Origin: a virus
Taxonomy: Duplodnaviria; Caudoviricetes
Length of the DNA stretch: 43,244 bases
Virus record (IMG/VR): IMGVR_UViG_3300047564_002265
Coordinates: 1-43,244 of that record
Strand: one strand, 5' to 3'
The notes beneath the pieces are model-generated. The model searched no databases, was not told the origin of the DNA, and worked only from the letters and a program-made list of their open reading frames with translations. A program made the translations under genes and the position numbers. This document shows positions 26,430 to 36,677 of the stretch, one piece after another (the stretch's first letter is position 1; each line of letters opens with the position of its first letter).

Positions 26430-26780
26430 TTATTCAACTTCTTTTTTATTAACTAATTGAAAGAAGTGTTCTGCGGGGATAACCGCGTACACTGGCGTAT
26501 TGTTTCTCTTAAAGAAAAGAACGGGAGTTGTCCCTTCTTTCGTATTCGCTTCTGCTTGTTCCAGAGAAGCCCAGACATTCATCTTTTCTTGGTTCTTACA
26601 CTCTGGAGAGTAAGGAAATAGCTTTCGCGCCGCAGGTGACAATTTAATATCTGTTCCACTATCACCCATCAAAGTTGAAACTACATCATCTGGTTCCAAC
26701 TGTGTGAAGTTTTCTAGAATCATATCTCGTATTGCATTTTGTAACCGTTTACCTTTGTTCTTAGCCGAACGTGGCTTCAT
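26430..26780 (-). CDS. PD-(D/E)xK nuclease, Holliday-junction-resolvase-like
   Basis: SAKNKGKRLQ...GTDI...ECKNQE...QAEAN...PVLFFKRN pattern; GAGG SD. Confidence 0.75.
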   Translation of the reverse strand: MKPRSAKNKGKRLQNAIRDMILENFTQLEPDDVVSTLMGDSGTDIKLSPAARKLFPYSPECKNQEKMNVWASLEQAEANTKEGTTPVLFFKRNNTPVYAVIPAEHFFQLVNKKEVE

Positions 26781-26797
26781 AATAACCTCTTTATTTT

Positions 26798-27172
26798 TTA
26801 TAAATTAGTACTGTATAATGCACCTTGGGTGTTTCTGACTTCTGCTGATGACACATACTTGTTAGTGTCTGTGCCTTGTGCGTTGTATTGTTGAACTACC
26901 TTTCCCTTAAATGTCTTTAATGGACTATTATATAATTCTGAATAATACTTGAAAGCTGTATTCGTATTAAATGTCCCTACTGTTGCGTCATCGGCGGTTG
27001 CTTGTGTTACGACTTTATCACCAGGAGTTCTATTACGAACTTCTGTTTGATATGTGTTTGGTAAAAAATCTACCTTAACCTTACCTTCTGATTGTGTACG
27101 TGGATTATCTGCTGCCCCAGTTCCCGCTAAAGGCTTGAATGTCCAACTTTCGTAAATGTCTTTGAGTGCCAT
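26798..27172 (-). CDS. Hypothetical protein with MALKDIYE leader
   Basis: 124-aa ORF closely spaced in the operon; leader resembles those of the head-cluster proteins. Confidence 0.65.
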   Translation of the reverse strand: MALKDIYESWTFKPLAGTGAADNPRTQSEGKVKVDFLPNTYQTEVRNRTPGDKVVTQATADDATVGTFNTNTAFKYYSELYNSPLKTFKGKVVQQYNAQGTDTNKYVSSAEVRNTQGALYSTNL

Positions 27173-27180
27173 AAGAATCC

Positions 27181-28008
27181 TCAGGTGTCAAATTTGACAA
27201 CAAATGTTTGAACGGAATAGTCGGTGCGTTGAATTGGATTTGACACTTTTGCAACTGCGACTAATTCGTTATCTGGATTATATAAACCGATTGTCGTAAT
27301 ATATGGATATAGACTTTGTGATGCCATCAATTCTAGTGGGGTAGTAGATGACCCCGTAAACATATTCTTGTTTGCCGATGGATTATATACTGAGTATAAG
27401 AAATCCGTTGGGTTTAACTTTACACGAATGTTGTGTTCAAATAGTTTGACCGATGAAGTAAATTGTACTTGAACATTTGTTCCACTAACAATACAAATAC
27501 CATCTCTGGTTAACCCACCACCAGCAATACTTGACGTAGGTTTAATAATCGCAATACCTTTGTCATAAAAAATACGACCAATCTTAGACCCAGTGCCCGA
27601 TTCCGATACTATTAAGTTACCGTATCCATCATCAACTGACGAAGATGTTCCCACTTGTACAGTAAATGTGCCGGGCTTTACTTCTTCACCAAATATGTCT
27701 TGGGTTGCACTTACAACGATAACGGACCCCGTTGGGTGATACGATGATGATTGTATACCATACGAAGTGTACGGAATCGGAGAATAAAACGTTTGTACAA
27801 CAGAATCAAACAATTCATACTTGTCATCTTCTACCCGCAATCCTTGTGATGCCGTATCAAATTTAATACCTAATGAAACTTGTACGTCTACAGAATTGTT
27901 TGTAGACCCAGACACATACGTGTATACGTGCGGAGCATATGCACGAAACGGAGTTATGGTATATTCGTTTGGTGATAAAGATTTATACGCAGTAACAGGT
28001 ATGGTCAT
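27181..28008 (-). CDS. Baseplate/tail structural protein (paralog of 28030-29097)
   Basis: IFGEEVKPGTF, DDGYGNL, GRIFYDKGIAII, PYITTIGLYNPDNELVAVAKVSNP. Confidence 0.65.
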   Translation of the reverse strand: MTIPVTAYKSLSPNEYTITPFRAYAPHVYTYVSGSTNNSVDVQVSLGIKFDTASQGLRVEDDKYELFDSVVQTFYSPIPYTSYGIQSSSYHPTGSVIVVSATQDIFGEEVKPGTFTVQVGTSSSVDDGYGNLIVSESGTGSKIGRIFYDKGIAIIKPTSSIAGGGLTRDGICIVSGTNVQVQFTSSVKLFEHNIRVKLNPTDFLYSVYNPSANKNMFTGSSTTPLELMASQSLYPYITTIGLYNPDNELVAVAKVSNPIQRTDYSVQTFVVKFDT

Positions 28009-28029
28009 AAATTATCCACCCCGTGTTGC

Positions 28030-29097
28030 TTAATAATCTAAGCGAACGCGAATTAATGCTTCCTTATCGGTACTCTTTTGAACTGGTCTACTGAGTTTTG
28101 CAACTGCCAACAATTCGTTTGAATCATTATATAATCCGATTGTGGTTACATAAGTGATTGGCTTTACACGGAATGGTTCTAACACGTTTTGTGGGTTTGA
28201 ACCAGTGTAGTATGTTGGGTTGTTTGAGTAGTTGTATTGGTTGTTTCTTAAACGAACGAAGTAGTTTGTTGATGTAATGGTTTCTGCTGAACGAGCTTGG
28301 AAATCAGTACCCAACTTGATTGAGCGAACTAATCCTTCGTGTTGATATTGATATGCGGTTGCTGCACTTCCAGTATATGGAGTGAATGGTACGTTTGGAC
28401 CCATTAATGTCTTAGCATCTAATGCAGTAGAATTTGACCCCGAGAACCCAACTGATGAACTAATTGCTGATGGGTGGAGAATGATAACACCATAATCGGG
28501 GAACGCTAATCCATATACAGTAGAATTGCCTGTTGCGAATCCGTCATCAATAGTACCAGAACGGATGTTGTATACATTGTTTGCAACTAGATTACCTTGT
28601 ACTGCGGTACTAAGACCACTATCGTCGATGAAAGTACGAAGCCCGTTAGAACCAGAAAGGCGAATTTGCCAGTTGCCTGGGTCGATAGCTTGTTTCAAAC
28701 GTGAACGTTGTACGTTGATAACATAGATATCATCTGACCCTACTTGGTCAAATGTAAAGCGTTCCACATCTTTACCTAACAAAATATTACGATATTGAGC
28801 GTAAGTTACTTGTGTAGGTAATGTTGACGTATCTAGTGTTGTTAATGTTGGAGCACCACCGCCACTTACGTGTCCGTATGCAACAGAGAATTGAACTTCT
28901 GCTGAATCACTGGATGCTGGGTTTAAATTGTATAAGTCGTAGTAGAATTCACCAGAGTTTGCCACTTGTGTACTTGATGTAAAGAAAGTGGAAAGACTTC
29001 CTGTGTCTCCTGACCACATCCCCGTAGTAACTTCGGTACCACGAAGTGATGTAATATCATCATTTTGACTAAGTTGTGTAAAGATATTATATGCCAT
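28030..29097 (-). CDS. Baseplate/tail structural protein
   Basis: RLKQAIDPGNW, GLAFPDYGVIIL, TYVTTIGLYNDSNELLAVAKLSRP. Confidence 0.65.
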   Translation of the reverse strand: MAYNIFTQLSQNDDITSLRGTEVTTGMWSGDTGSLSTFFTSSTQVANSGEFYYDLYNLNPASSDSAEVQFSVAYGHVSGGGAPTLTTLDTSTLPTQVTYAQYRNILLGKDVERFTFDQVGSDDIYVINVQRSRLKQAIDPGNWQIRLSGSNGLRTFIDDSGLSTAVQGNLVANNVYNIRSGTIDDGFATGNSTVYGLAFPDYGVIILHPSAISSSVGFSGSNSTALDAKTLMGPNVPFTPYTGSAATAYQYQHEGLVRSIKLGTDFQARSAETITSTNYFVRLRNNQYNYSNNPTYYTGSNPQNVLEPFRVKPITYVTTIGLYNDSNELLAVAKLSRPVQKSTDKEALIRVRLDY

Positions 29098-29116
29098 AAG
29101 ATGTCCTAGGAGTTAA

Positions 29117-29776
29117 TTATGCGGAAGCGGTGGTAGATAACGTAAAGTTGTATACTGCACCAGAAGTTCCACCAAAGATAGACACTGATGTTGAGCCTGT
29201 CTTGTTAAGAGCTGTGATGGTAAATTCAAGACCCGTTGCCGAAACTGACCCACGGTTGTTTGCGGGTACGATTCCCGTTGCTGGTGTCTTGACTTCTACT
29301 GTTGCCAAAGTACTGTCTGCAAGAAGTAGTGTGTAACTACTTTCTGCTTCAGATACCGTTGATGTATACGTTGTAGTTGGGCGAATGGTGATATTGGTGG
29401 TTCCTGCGGTTGGACTATAGTAGAGATTTACTATTCCACTTGTAGGAATTGTTGTACCTTGAACTTGGATTTGTGGAATGACGATACTTCCAAATCTGGT
29501 AAGGTCTTCGCCCGTAATACTTACCAACTTGTATCGCATGATTTGTGTTTCATCAGGAGTTGCTTCTAATACGGGCATATTTTCAATGATAGCACCGTAA
29601 TAATTGGACCCAAGTGGATGGGCAGTATTATAAAGACCGTAATCTACTTCGTCGTCTGAAACTGCGAACTTGGTAATTTGGAAATTACCCGTGCCGGTTC
29701 CCTGCGACAAGAGTTCCCGTCCACGATTGGTTAAAATAGCGTCCACGGTAATTGTGGATTTGTCTAGGTATCCCAT
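29117..29776 (-). CDS. Baseplate/tail structural protein
   Basis: MGYLDKSTITVDAILTNRGRELL...FQITKFAVSDDEVDY; Thr-rich beta C-terminus; GGAGA SD. Confidence 0.65.
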   Translation of the reverse strand: MGYLDKSTITVDAILTNRGRELLSQGTGTGNFQITKFAVSDDEVDYGLYNTAHPLGSNYYGAIIENMPVLEATPDETQIMRYKLVSITGEDLTRFGSIVIPQIQVQGTTIPTSGIVNLYYSPTAGTTNITIRPTTTYTSTVSEAESSYTLLLADSTLATVEVKTPATGIVPANNRGSVSATGLEFTITALNKTGSTSVSIFGGTSGAVYNFTLSTTASA

Positions 29777-29808
29777 AGTCTAAAATCTCCTGAGTGAAGT
29801 ACAACAAA

Positions 29809-29816
29809 TATAAGTA
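29809..29816 (-). promoter_or_regulatory. Putative late promoter motif (coding strand TACTTATA)
   Basis: Plus-strand TATAAGTA about 32 nt upstream of the ATG at 29776. Confidence 0.5.
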
Positions 29817-29839
29817 TAAAGTATTTTAATTTAAATCCA

Positions 29840-32800
29840 TTATTCGACGCCTAACCGACCCCCGCCGCCGAACTTAATAGTGTCAATTTGGTCTGGTATT
29901 TGAACTGTACCTGACCCGGCCGGCGCTGGTGCCGTTGTGGTATTTACCACTACGGTATTCTTTGTAGAAATTGCTACCGTGAACGGTGGTTGACCGTCGA
30001 ATGTAGCATTAATGTCTCTACATCCAATATAATTTCTTCTCTTTAATGCAGTATTATTGTCTCTACCAAATCTATAGTGTCGTGGTAAATATCCACGTGG
30101 TATTAGATTATCTGGTTCGTATGCGAAATAGTTCAATATAACTGATGATGTAATCGTACTTGCAGTTAAATTGTCAATTGTATAGTAAATAGATGAATTG
30201 TTACCTTGCATCATAACATATGGAAATACATCTTGTGCATCATTTAACAACCCGTCAAATAAGACACCGTGACTGCCTGTTGGCAATGTATAGAAATCTC
30301 TGGAAGAGTCAAGCCCCTGCTTAACTGTATCATTATATAATCTCAATCTTAATCCATTTGCACCATTTAATCCATACAATGTAAATATACCAGCGACGAT
30401 AATTGTTCCTGACACTTGGTCGTATGCATCATAACTAGCGGTTGATATGTACGTAGTGTTTCTTCCGTATTCTTCTACGACCGACCCCGATGGTAATAAC
30501 GTAATCGGTGCGTATAGTCGGTCAGTTGGGGAATCTGGATTTATTGAGTCGGACCCACCATCCAATTTAACAAGATATGGTTGCTTATATAATGTATAAA
30601 TATCATACGAATATATACCATTTTGTTTATGGAAGTAACTAAACGTTCCAACATCGTTAAAATCTGAACGTGGTGGTATGTCATAGAACGGTATAAGCGT
30701 TCCATCTTCGCTTTCTAGACGTTTTGTAATTGACCCAGATGCTGGGATGCCAAGGAATGGGTTTCTTGGGTATCCTGATGCCATAGTAGCTACAGATGTT
30801 TCTGTGTCGATTACTAATGCTTCTAATGTAGCAAACGAACTATTGTGGTCTAAGAATGATGAAGTTACGTAATCATCACCAATCTTTTGTAATACACGTT
30901 GGAATGGTGGTAACTTGGTCGGCTTAGTGCTTTCCTTAATATCAACACTACTTGACATAGGAATGATAGCGTCAAGCGGTAATGTATCACTAAGTACGGT
31001 TGGTAATGTACTTACGTTTTGTGTTTGTACATCAAATGAATATGCACCTACGGGTGTAATACTATTCCACGATGACCCCGACCCAGATGCATATGCTTCA
31101 AACGCTTTCGTTGCTGTACCGTCAACCTTGATTGACCGAACCGTAGTGTCTTTGTTACGTGAAAGAACTGAAGATTCAATTACTATACCGTCCAATAACT
31201 TAGCACGGGCTGGACTCATTCCGTCCGCCATTTCGCTTGGGCCTTGTGTTAAGTCCTTAAAGAAACGGATGTAATCGTTTGGTTTGACAATTTTATTAAA
31301 GTATTCAGCATAATCCTTCTGGATAGATTGAAGTGTCGAATATCCAGACCCAGTAATATAACGTGGACTACCGATAATATTATTTACGTCAACTACACCC
31401 ATTGAACGCATAATATTTTGGTTAATAAAATCTGTTGGTGATACTGCAAACGATACTACGTTCTGACCACTGTTATATTGTTTTTCTTCTATTTGCTTAA
31501 TACTACTTAATCTACTTAATATCTTTGTATCATTTTCATCAACGAATTGTTGGTTGAATACTGGTGGGTCTGCAACTACTACTTTCTTATTTGTGTAGAT
31601 AGTAGACCCTACAATTGGTGTAAATTGCTTAATACTTCTTAGTACTCTCGTAAATGATGCCGTAGTGAATCCGTTAGCAGGTAATGTTGCTACAATAGAT
31701 ACGTTTTGATAAGGACTCTCATTTGTTACCGACGAAGTAATTGATGACAGTGGTTGACTAAACGGGAGGTGGATATACAGACTTGTGTATGACGAGGTAT
31801 AGTTTGCTCCGTAATATGAACCCGGGTCGTATGCTTGTGACACAAAGTCGTCGTTAGAGATGTTTTCTCCCCATACACGTACTTCGTCTACAACACCATC
31901 AAACTGATTGCCAAGTTGAATTGACCCAGAACCCCCCACATAAATAAAGGTAGTTCCATTCCACAACGATGACAAGTCAGCGGATGCCGATTCTTGGAAT
32001 AGAATTTGGTCACCGTCAGTCTGGATAATTGAAATATCACCAGATTGACTACGTAACATCAAATTGGTGTAGTCATCACTAAAGAGTGGGAAGTAACTAC
32101 TGGTTGCGATAATAGTACGGCCAGAACCACTAACTACGTGAATTCTTCCATAGTCTAACTTAGACGCGGATGGATGTGGTACTAAATCGATTGCCCAATT
32201 GGTTGCCGTAATTAACGACGAACTACGACGAAGTACCGGATTGAATGATAGTTGAACACTTGATGCCGTCAACGATGACGATACAAACGGAACGGTGATA
32301 AAGTTATCAACTGACCCAGTGAATCGTAATCCATATGTTAATTCGTCGGAACGGATATAATTTCCAGCCGATGGACTGGTTGTTTCCTTGATTTGTAATA
32401 CTGGTGAATTGATACCGTAGGTATTTAACAATGCATCGAATGAAGTACGTGACCCCTTTGTTTTGTTAAAGTATACCATACTGTGAAGGAATCGCTTCCA
32501 TGTTTCTGCTACATACGAGCGCGACCCACTTTCACCAGAGAATTGTGCATTAAATGTTTGCAGATTTTCAAGTGCATATACGTTTGGAAGTTTTAATCCA
32601 AATGATTGTGCAACTTCGTATACTTGGTCCATCGACAAATCTTCTAATGGATTAATGTTAGTTGAGTATACATTTGGGAATTGGTCAATATATACCTTGA
32701 TATTGTCTACCAAGTGACCAACCATTTCAAATAAAGTTAAGAAATCCGTAGAATCCGTATCTTCTTGAATGTATCGTGGTAAGTTAAGTATTAAATAATT

Positions 32801-34756
32801 TGGATTATTTGAATCATAGCGTTGAGCAATCGCAGATTGTGCAGTTAACCAATTAATGGCTACTGTACTATATGGACTGTATGGCGTGCCATCTGATTGT
32901 TTTGGCCACGAACCAGTGGCATTGTATTCCACTTCACCATTTACATAAAACGCACTTGCCGAATATGGTAGTGAACCGGTTGCATAATATAAGAATTGTT
33001 CGTACGGGTCAAAGTTTCTGATAACATTTTCTTTTTCCCGTGCCTTAAACTTCAATGATATAGTACTACTTGATACACTAGATGAAATACTTGCCGATGT
33101 TAATTCGTCAATTTTTATAAGTTTTTCATTGAACGCTTGGAGTCTCTTATAAGCGGAACCGAAGTGAACAAAGTTATTGTAGTCAGTAAAATCAACATTA
33201 AGTTCAGATGACTTAAAATCGCCAGTAAACCAACGACGAAATACTGTATCATCAAATGAAATTGTCGTGCCATTGATTATTGCGCCTTCTGACCCCGTTG
33301 CCAATCCAAGACTAGTCAACGTAGTATTAGTTGCGAACATCTTACCATCTATATAATTTCTTGAGTCGATATTATATGGACGTAAGTATGGGGTAGTGTC
33401 TCGTAATGGTCCAAGTTCAAAATTGACAATATCAACTACAGTTTCTGCAATTTCTCTACTGATAAATGCAGGTGTGTCTACGGTAATATCTGTATCAAGA
33501 GGTCTGGTAAGCTTTAATTGTACTGACCCAGTGTCTCTAGGTGCAATACGCCATGCTTCGGCAACATATTGTCTGTCATTACCGAAGTTAAGTAATGTCT
33601 TATATTCTCTATTTTCATCAAAAAATGTCAGTACTTTTTCACGAACCACTTGACGAGCTGTGGCGGAGAGAGCATCAAATAATCGAACATTCGCAGTAGA
33701 TAAACTAATACTAAGTGGAATGTTAATTAATGCTTGTTCTACATCTGGTGAACGAGATAATGATTGTTGTTGTAAATTTAAAATGTTATCAATTAAATCA
33801 ATATATGATTTAAGATATATTAAACCATTAACATAAGTTTGTTCTAATCTATCGTTACCTGTTGTTACTTGTGTAAATGGGAAGTGGCGCTTTAATGCAT
33901 CTTTATTTACCCACTTTTCTGCATTACCATTTCCACCAGGACCAGGATGTTCTGGTGATGTTATACCCGTACCATTTGGGGTTGATGTACAGAAGAGTGC
34001 ATCAGCCAAACTTTCACGAATAAGTAGTGCAATAGCTTCTTGGGTACTAACATCAAATGTTTTAATTCCTCCTCGGTCATCATATAATCGTTCAATTGAC
34101 CGACGAGTAGATGAGTTTTGAATTGCTTGTGCGGTAATATTAGGGAAATCCGCACGGGTCATTTTCCAAGGAGCGGCGTTATCTTCTCTTCCGGCTTGTC
34201 TAGTTGATTTAATTGCATTGGTTATTGCAATAACTGGACTGAGTACTGCGGCTGCTGGTAATAATATTGCACTTGCACCCGCAACAACTGCTCCACCAAT
34301 TGCACCTGCGGTTACTGTTCCACCAAATGCTGTTAATAATCCTGCGGTTGCTAATCCCGTAAATGTTCCAGCAGCCACCGCACCACCGGCAGCAGCTACA
34401 GCAGCGGTTGTGCCCAACGCACCTGCTGCATTTACCGCTGCGTTACTTTCTCTTTGTACTCGTTCAGCTTCTAATCGTAAATCAGTTAAATATTTTTCTA
34501 CTTTGTCAATTTTAACCGCACCGTCACCAAAAAACTTTGGGTCAGTAAAACTATCAAAGATTATTTGTATTTTACGCTTCTTATCCCGTAAGTCATCCGC
34601 ACTAAAATATATTTCGTATGCTTGTTGTTGTAAACTAATACGCTCATCATCACTCAACTCCGTAGGTACACCTAGTCCAAATTGATATCCTTTAGAGTTT
34701 TGTACTACGGATTTATATGTTGAGTTTTGTGTATTAACAAATATTCTATGGCTCAT
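29840..34756 (-). CDS. Large baseplate wedge-like protein (gp7 / P2 gpI-like core + LamG-like domain)
   Basis: LPRYIQED...FLTLFEMVG...KTKGSRTSFDALLNTYGI (gpI/gp7-like); FDGVVDEVRVW (LamG/ConA-like); Gly/Ala hydrophobic stretch near the N-terminus. Confidence 0.6.
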   Translation of the reverse strand: MSHRIFVNTQNSTYKSVVQNSKGYQFGLGVPTELSDDERISLQQQAYEIYFSADDLRDKKRKIQIIFDSFTDPKFFGDGAVKIDKVEKYLTDLRLEAERVQRESNAAVNAAGALGTTAAVAAAGGAVAAGTFTGLATAGLLTAFGGTVTAGAIGGAVVAGASAILLPAAAVLSPVIAITNAIKSTRQAGREDNAAPWKMTRADFPNITAQAIQNSSTRRSIERLYDDRGGIKTFDVSTQEAIALLIRESLADALFCTSTPNGTGITSPEHPGPGGNGNAEKWVNKDALKRHFPFTQVTTGNDRLEQTYVNGLIYLKSYIDLIDNILNLQQQSLSRSPDVEQALINIPLSISLSTANVRLFDALSATARQVVREKVLTFFDENREYKTLLNFGNDRQYVAEAWRIAPRDTGSVQLKLTRPLDTDITVDTPAFISREIAETVVDIVNFELGPLRDTTPYLRPYNIDSRNYIDGKMFATNTTLTSLGLATGSEGAIINGTTISFDDTVFRRWFTGDFKSSELNVDFTDYNNFVHFGSAYKRLQAFNEKLIKIDELTSASISSSVSSSTISLKFKAREKENVIRNFDPYEQFLYYATGSLPYSASAFYVNGEVEYNATGSWPKQSDGTPYSPYSTVAINWLTAQSAIAQRYDSNNPNYLILNLPRYIQEDTDSTDFLTLFEMVGHLVDNIKVYIDQFPNVYSTNINPLEDLSMDQVYEVAQSFGLKLPNVYALENLQTFNAQFSGESGSRSYVAETWKRFLHSMVYFNKTKGSRTSFDALLNTYGINSPVLQIKETTSPSAGNYIRSDELTYGLRFTGSVDNFITVPFVSSSLTASSVQLSFNPVLRRSSSLITATNWAIDLVPHPSASKLDYGRIHVVSGSGRTIIATSSYFPLFSDDYTNLMLRSQSGDISIIQTDGDQILFQESASADLSSLWNGTTFIYVGGSGSIQLGNQFDGVVDEVRVWGENISNDDFVSQAYDPGSYYGANYTSSYTSLYIHLPFSQPLSSITSSVTNESPYQNVSIVATLPANGFTTASFTRVLRSIKQFTPIVGSTIYTNKKVVVADPPVFNQQFVDENDTKILSRLSSIKQIEEKQYNSGQNVVSFAVSPTDFINQNIMRSMGVVDVNNIIGSPRYITGSGYSTLQSIQKDYAEYFNKIVKPNDYIRFFKDLTQGPSEMADGMSPARAKLLDGIVIESSVLSRNKDTTVRSIKVDGTATKAFEAYASGSGSSWNSITPVGAYSFDVQTQNVSTLPTVLSDTLPLDAIIPMSSSVDIKESTKPTKLPPFQRVLQKIGDDYVTSSFLDHNSSFATLEALVIDTETSVATMASGYPRNPFLGIPASGSITKRLESEDGTLIPFYDIPPRSDFNDVGTFSYFHKQNGIYSYDIYTLYKQPYLVKLDGGSDSINPDSPTDRLYAPITLLPSGSVVEEYGRNTTYISTASYDAYDQVSGTIIVAGIFTLYGLNGANGLRLRLYNDTVKQGLDSSRDFYTLPTGSHGVLFDGLLNDAQDVFPYVMMQGNNSSIYYTIDNLTASTITSSVILNYFAYEPDNLIPRGYLPRHYRFGRDNNTALKRRNYIGCRDINATFDGQPPFTVAISTKNTVVVNTTTAPAPAGSGTVQIPDQIDTIKFGGGGRLGVE

Positions 34757-34762
34757 GTTATA

Positions 34763-35527
34763 TTACTCGACCACTGTAGGAGTTCTGGGTTGACCTTGTT
34801 CATCACCAGGTTGTTGTGGACCAGCTGATGATGAAGTGCCTCGTACAATAAACGTTATACTCGTTTGTCGTTCTGGTCCTGCGGTAATAGTAACCGTTGT
34901 TTCTCCGGCAGATATGCCCCGTATAATTCGTGGAGTATATGGATTATAATCAACTTGAGTATTTTCTGGTTCTTCTACTTGAACAATACTTACATTATTT
35001 GACTTCCAAACTACATTTGATGCATCCTTATCTGGCTTACCTTCAACATCGTATACAGTGATATCAATCTGTACGCGTTCTCCTTGGTCTATTGTATAAG
35101 TACTTTGTGGTACTGTTATACTATTTTTATTGTTTGCTTGACTGCCAGTTGTTGCGGGAGGGGATATTATAGGAAAACTACCAGACTTAATATCTAAACT
35201 TATGTCTGGATATATCGATGAAGATGGTACATTTTCTATCTCTGGCGGTAAATCTATTTTTACCAAAACTACACTACTACTTGTTGGTCCTAATACAACA
35301 TTACCACTTGGAAATTTTAAATTAGCGCCAGTAGTAGGATTAACAATTTGTATCCACGGTACTGTGGTTGTTATGTTAACTGTGATTGGTATTTCTATAT
35401 CACTATTTGACATAGCCAACGGAATATCCGTAACGGTAGCTGTATTAAAGTTATAATTTCTTATATATTCAATACTACTTGTAGCTAATGCATATGAAAA
35501 TTTTTCACGAATATTGTAAGTACTCAT
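34763..35527 (-). CDS. Ig-like (Big_2-type) domain virion protein
   Basis: VVWKSNNVSIVQV...IRGISAGETTVTIT matches the bacterial Ig-like group 2 pattern. Confidence 0.65.
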   Translation of the reverse strand: MSTYNIREKFSYALATSSIEYIRNYNFNTATVTDIPLAMSNSDIEIPITVNITTTVPWIQIVNPTTGANLKFPSGNVVLGPTSSSVVLVKIDLPPEIENVPSSSIYPDISLDIKSGSFPIISPPATTGSQANNKNSITVPQSTYTIDQGERVQIDITVYDVEGKPDKDASNVVWKSNNVSIVQVEEPENTQVDYNPYTPRIIRGISAGETTVTITAGPERQTSITFIVRGTSSSAGPQQPGDEQGQPRTPTVVE

Positions 35528-36399
35528 ATTAAATCAAACCGATAATTTTGTGGATTTTGTGCTTCATCATCTAATGCAGCATCATACGCGATATCAATTG
35601 CGTTGACAACATACTCAGACAATTCTGTTTCGGTGAAACTGGTACTACCCGATAACAACACCATATCTTCTACAGTTTGTAATGCAATCGGATATGCATC
35701 ATCAAGTACGTTTTGCATAATAGTATTAATACCAATACGACTTCCATCATCATCGTCAAAATTATATTGAATAAGTTTTTCACCAGACCCACTTGCAAAG
35801 TTTTGATAGAGCGATGCACTATTAATTTTTACTGGGCTGGTTGGTAATACTAATTCGTCTGACCCTTCTTGATTAAAAATTTGACGTAATATTGGTTTTA
35901 TAAATTCTGCCGGTATTAATGGTGTAGCAAATTGTTCTAATACTGATTGCTGTGCCACATCTGTTAATTTTAGTTCGACTTCGGTACGTGATGTTGATAT
36001 TCTATTGACTTTTAGGATTCTATCGTCATATGCACCAAGTTCATCTGCAAAAAAGTTTAGAGTAACCGAATATTCACCAGACGGTAAATTTAAATTTGGT
36101 ACTTTAGCAAAATCAATATATAACAACTTACGTAAACTGTTATCATTATATTGTAATGTTTCTGTGAATATTGACCCACTAACGTTTCGCACAACATCAG
36201 AGAATACTAATGAATTGTCTGCTAAACTGTATAGGTTAACTTCAACATTATTTTGAAGCAGTGCTTCAGAAAAATCGGATGGAACCTCCATATCAAGCAA
36301 ATCATCTTTTTTATTTGCTATAATACGAGATACAGTATATTTGGTATACGAATCTGATAGTTCTTGTATGTTACTTTGATAATTTTGTTGTTCTGCCAT
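35524..36399 (-). CDS. Hypothetical baseplate-module protein
   Basis: GEYSVTLNFF...RISTSRTEVEL; acidic; translationally coupled to both neighbours. Confidence 0.6.
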   Translation of the reverse strand: MAEQQNYQSNIQELSDSYTKYTVSRIIANKKDDLLDMEVPSDFSEALLQNNVEVNLYSLADNSLVFSDVVRNVSGSIFTETLQYNDNSLRKLLYIDFAKVPNLNLPSGEYSVTLNFFADELGAYDDRILKVNRISTSRTEVELKLTDVAQQSVLEQFATPLIPAEFIKPILRQIFNQEGSDELVLPTSPVKINSASLYQNFASGSGEKLIQYNFDDDDGSRIGINTIMQNVLDDAYPIALQTVEDMVLLSGSTSFTETELSEYVVNAIDIAYDAALDDEAQNPQNYRFDLI

Positions 36400-36674
36400 T
36401 AGTCTAACTCTTCAAAGTTTTTATTAATTCTGGTTAGCCATACGTTATAATCCAACTTTTCTTTGTAAATTGGAGTATAATATACACTGCGGTCCATCAA
36501 CCCTTCTTCGGGTAACGTTACGATTTGTACGGTTGCCGAATAATTGGTATGAATTGATGCACTTTGTCCAGATGCTGACACATCAAATAAAGTTAACGAA
36601 ATATCAATTTGTTCTTTATTGATAATATTTTCACTATCTGGATTGGTACTACTTGATAAGAATGTTGTTGCCAT
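36399..36674 (-). CDS. Hypothetical protein
   Basis: 91-aa ORF filling the gap exactly, with a 1-nt overlap downstream. Confidence 0.65.
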   Translation of the reverse strand: MATTFLSSSTNPDSENIINKEQIDISLTLFDVSASGQSASIHTNYSATVQIVTLPEEGLMDRSVYYTPIYKEKLDYNVWLTRINKNFEELD

Positions 36675-36677
36675 AAA

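Noticed and set aside
11212-34155. Short alternative-frame minus-strand ORFs (11212-11409, 13127-13327, 14368-14571, 15716-15970, 17847-18158, 18210-18443, 19077-19274, 24577-24936, 33961-34155)
   Set aside because: Fully nested in longer motif-bearing genes; no recognisable domains.
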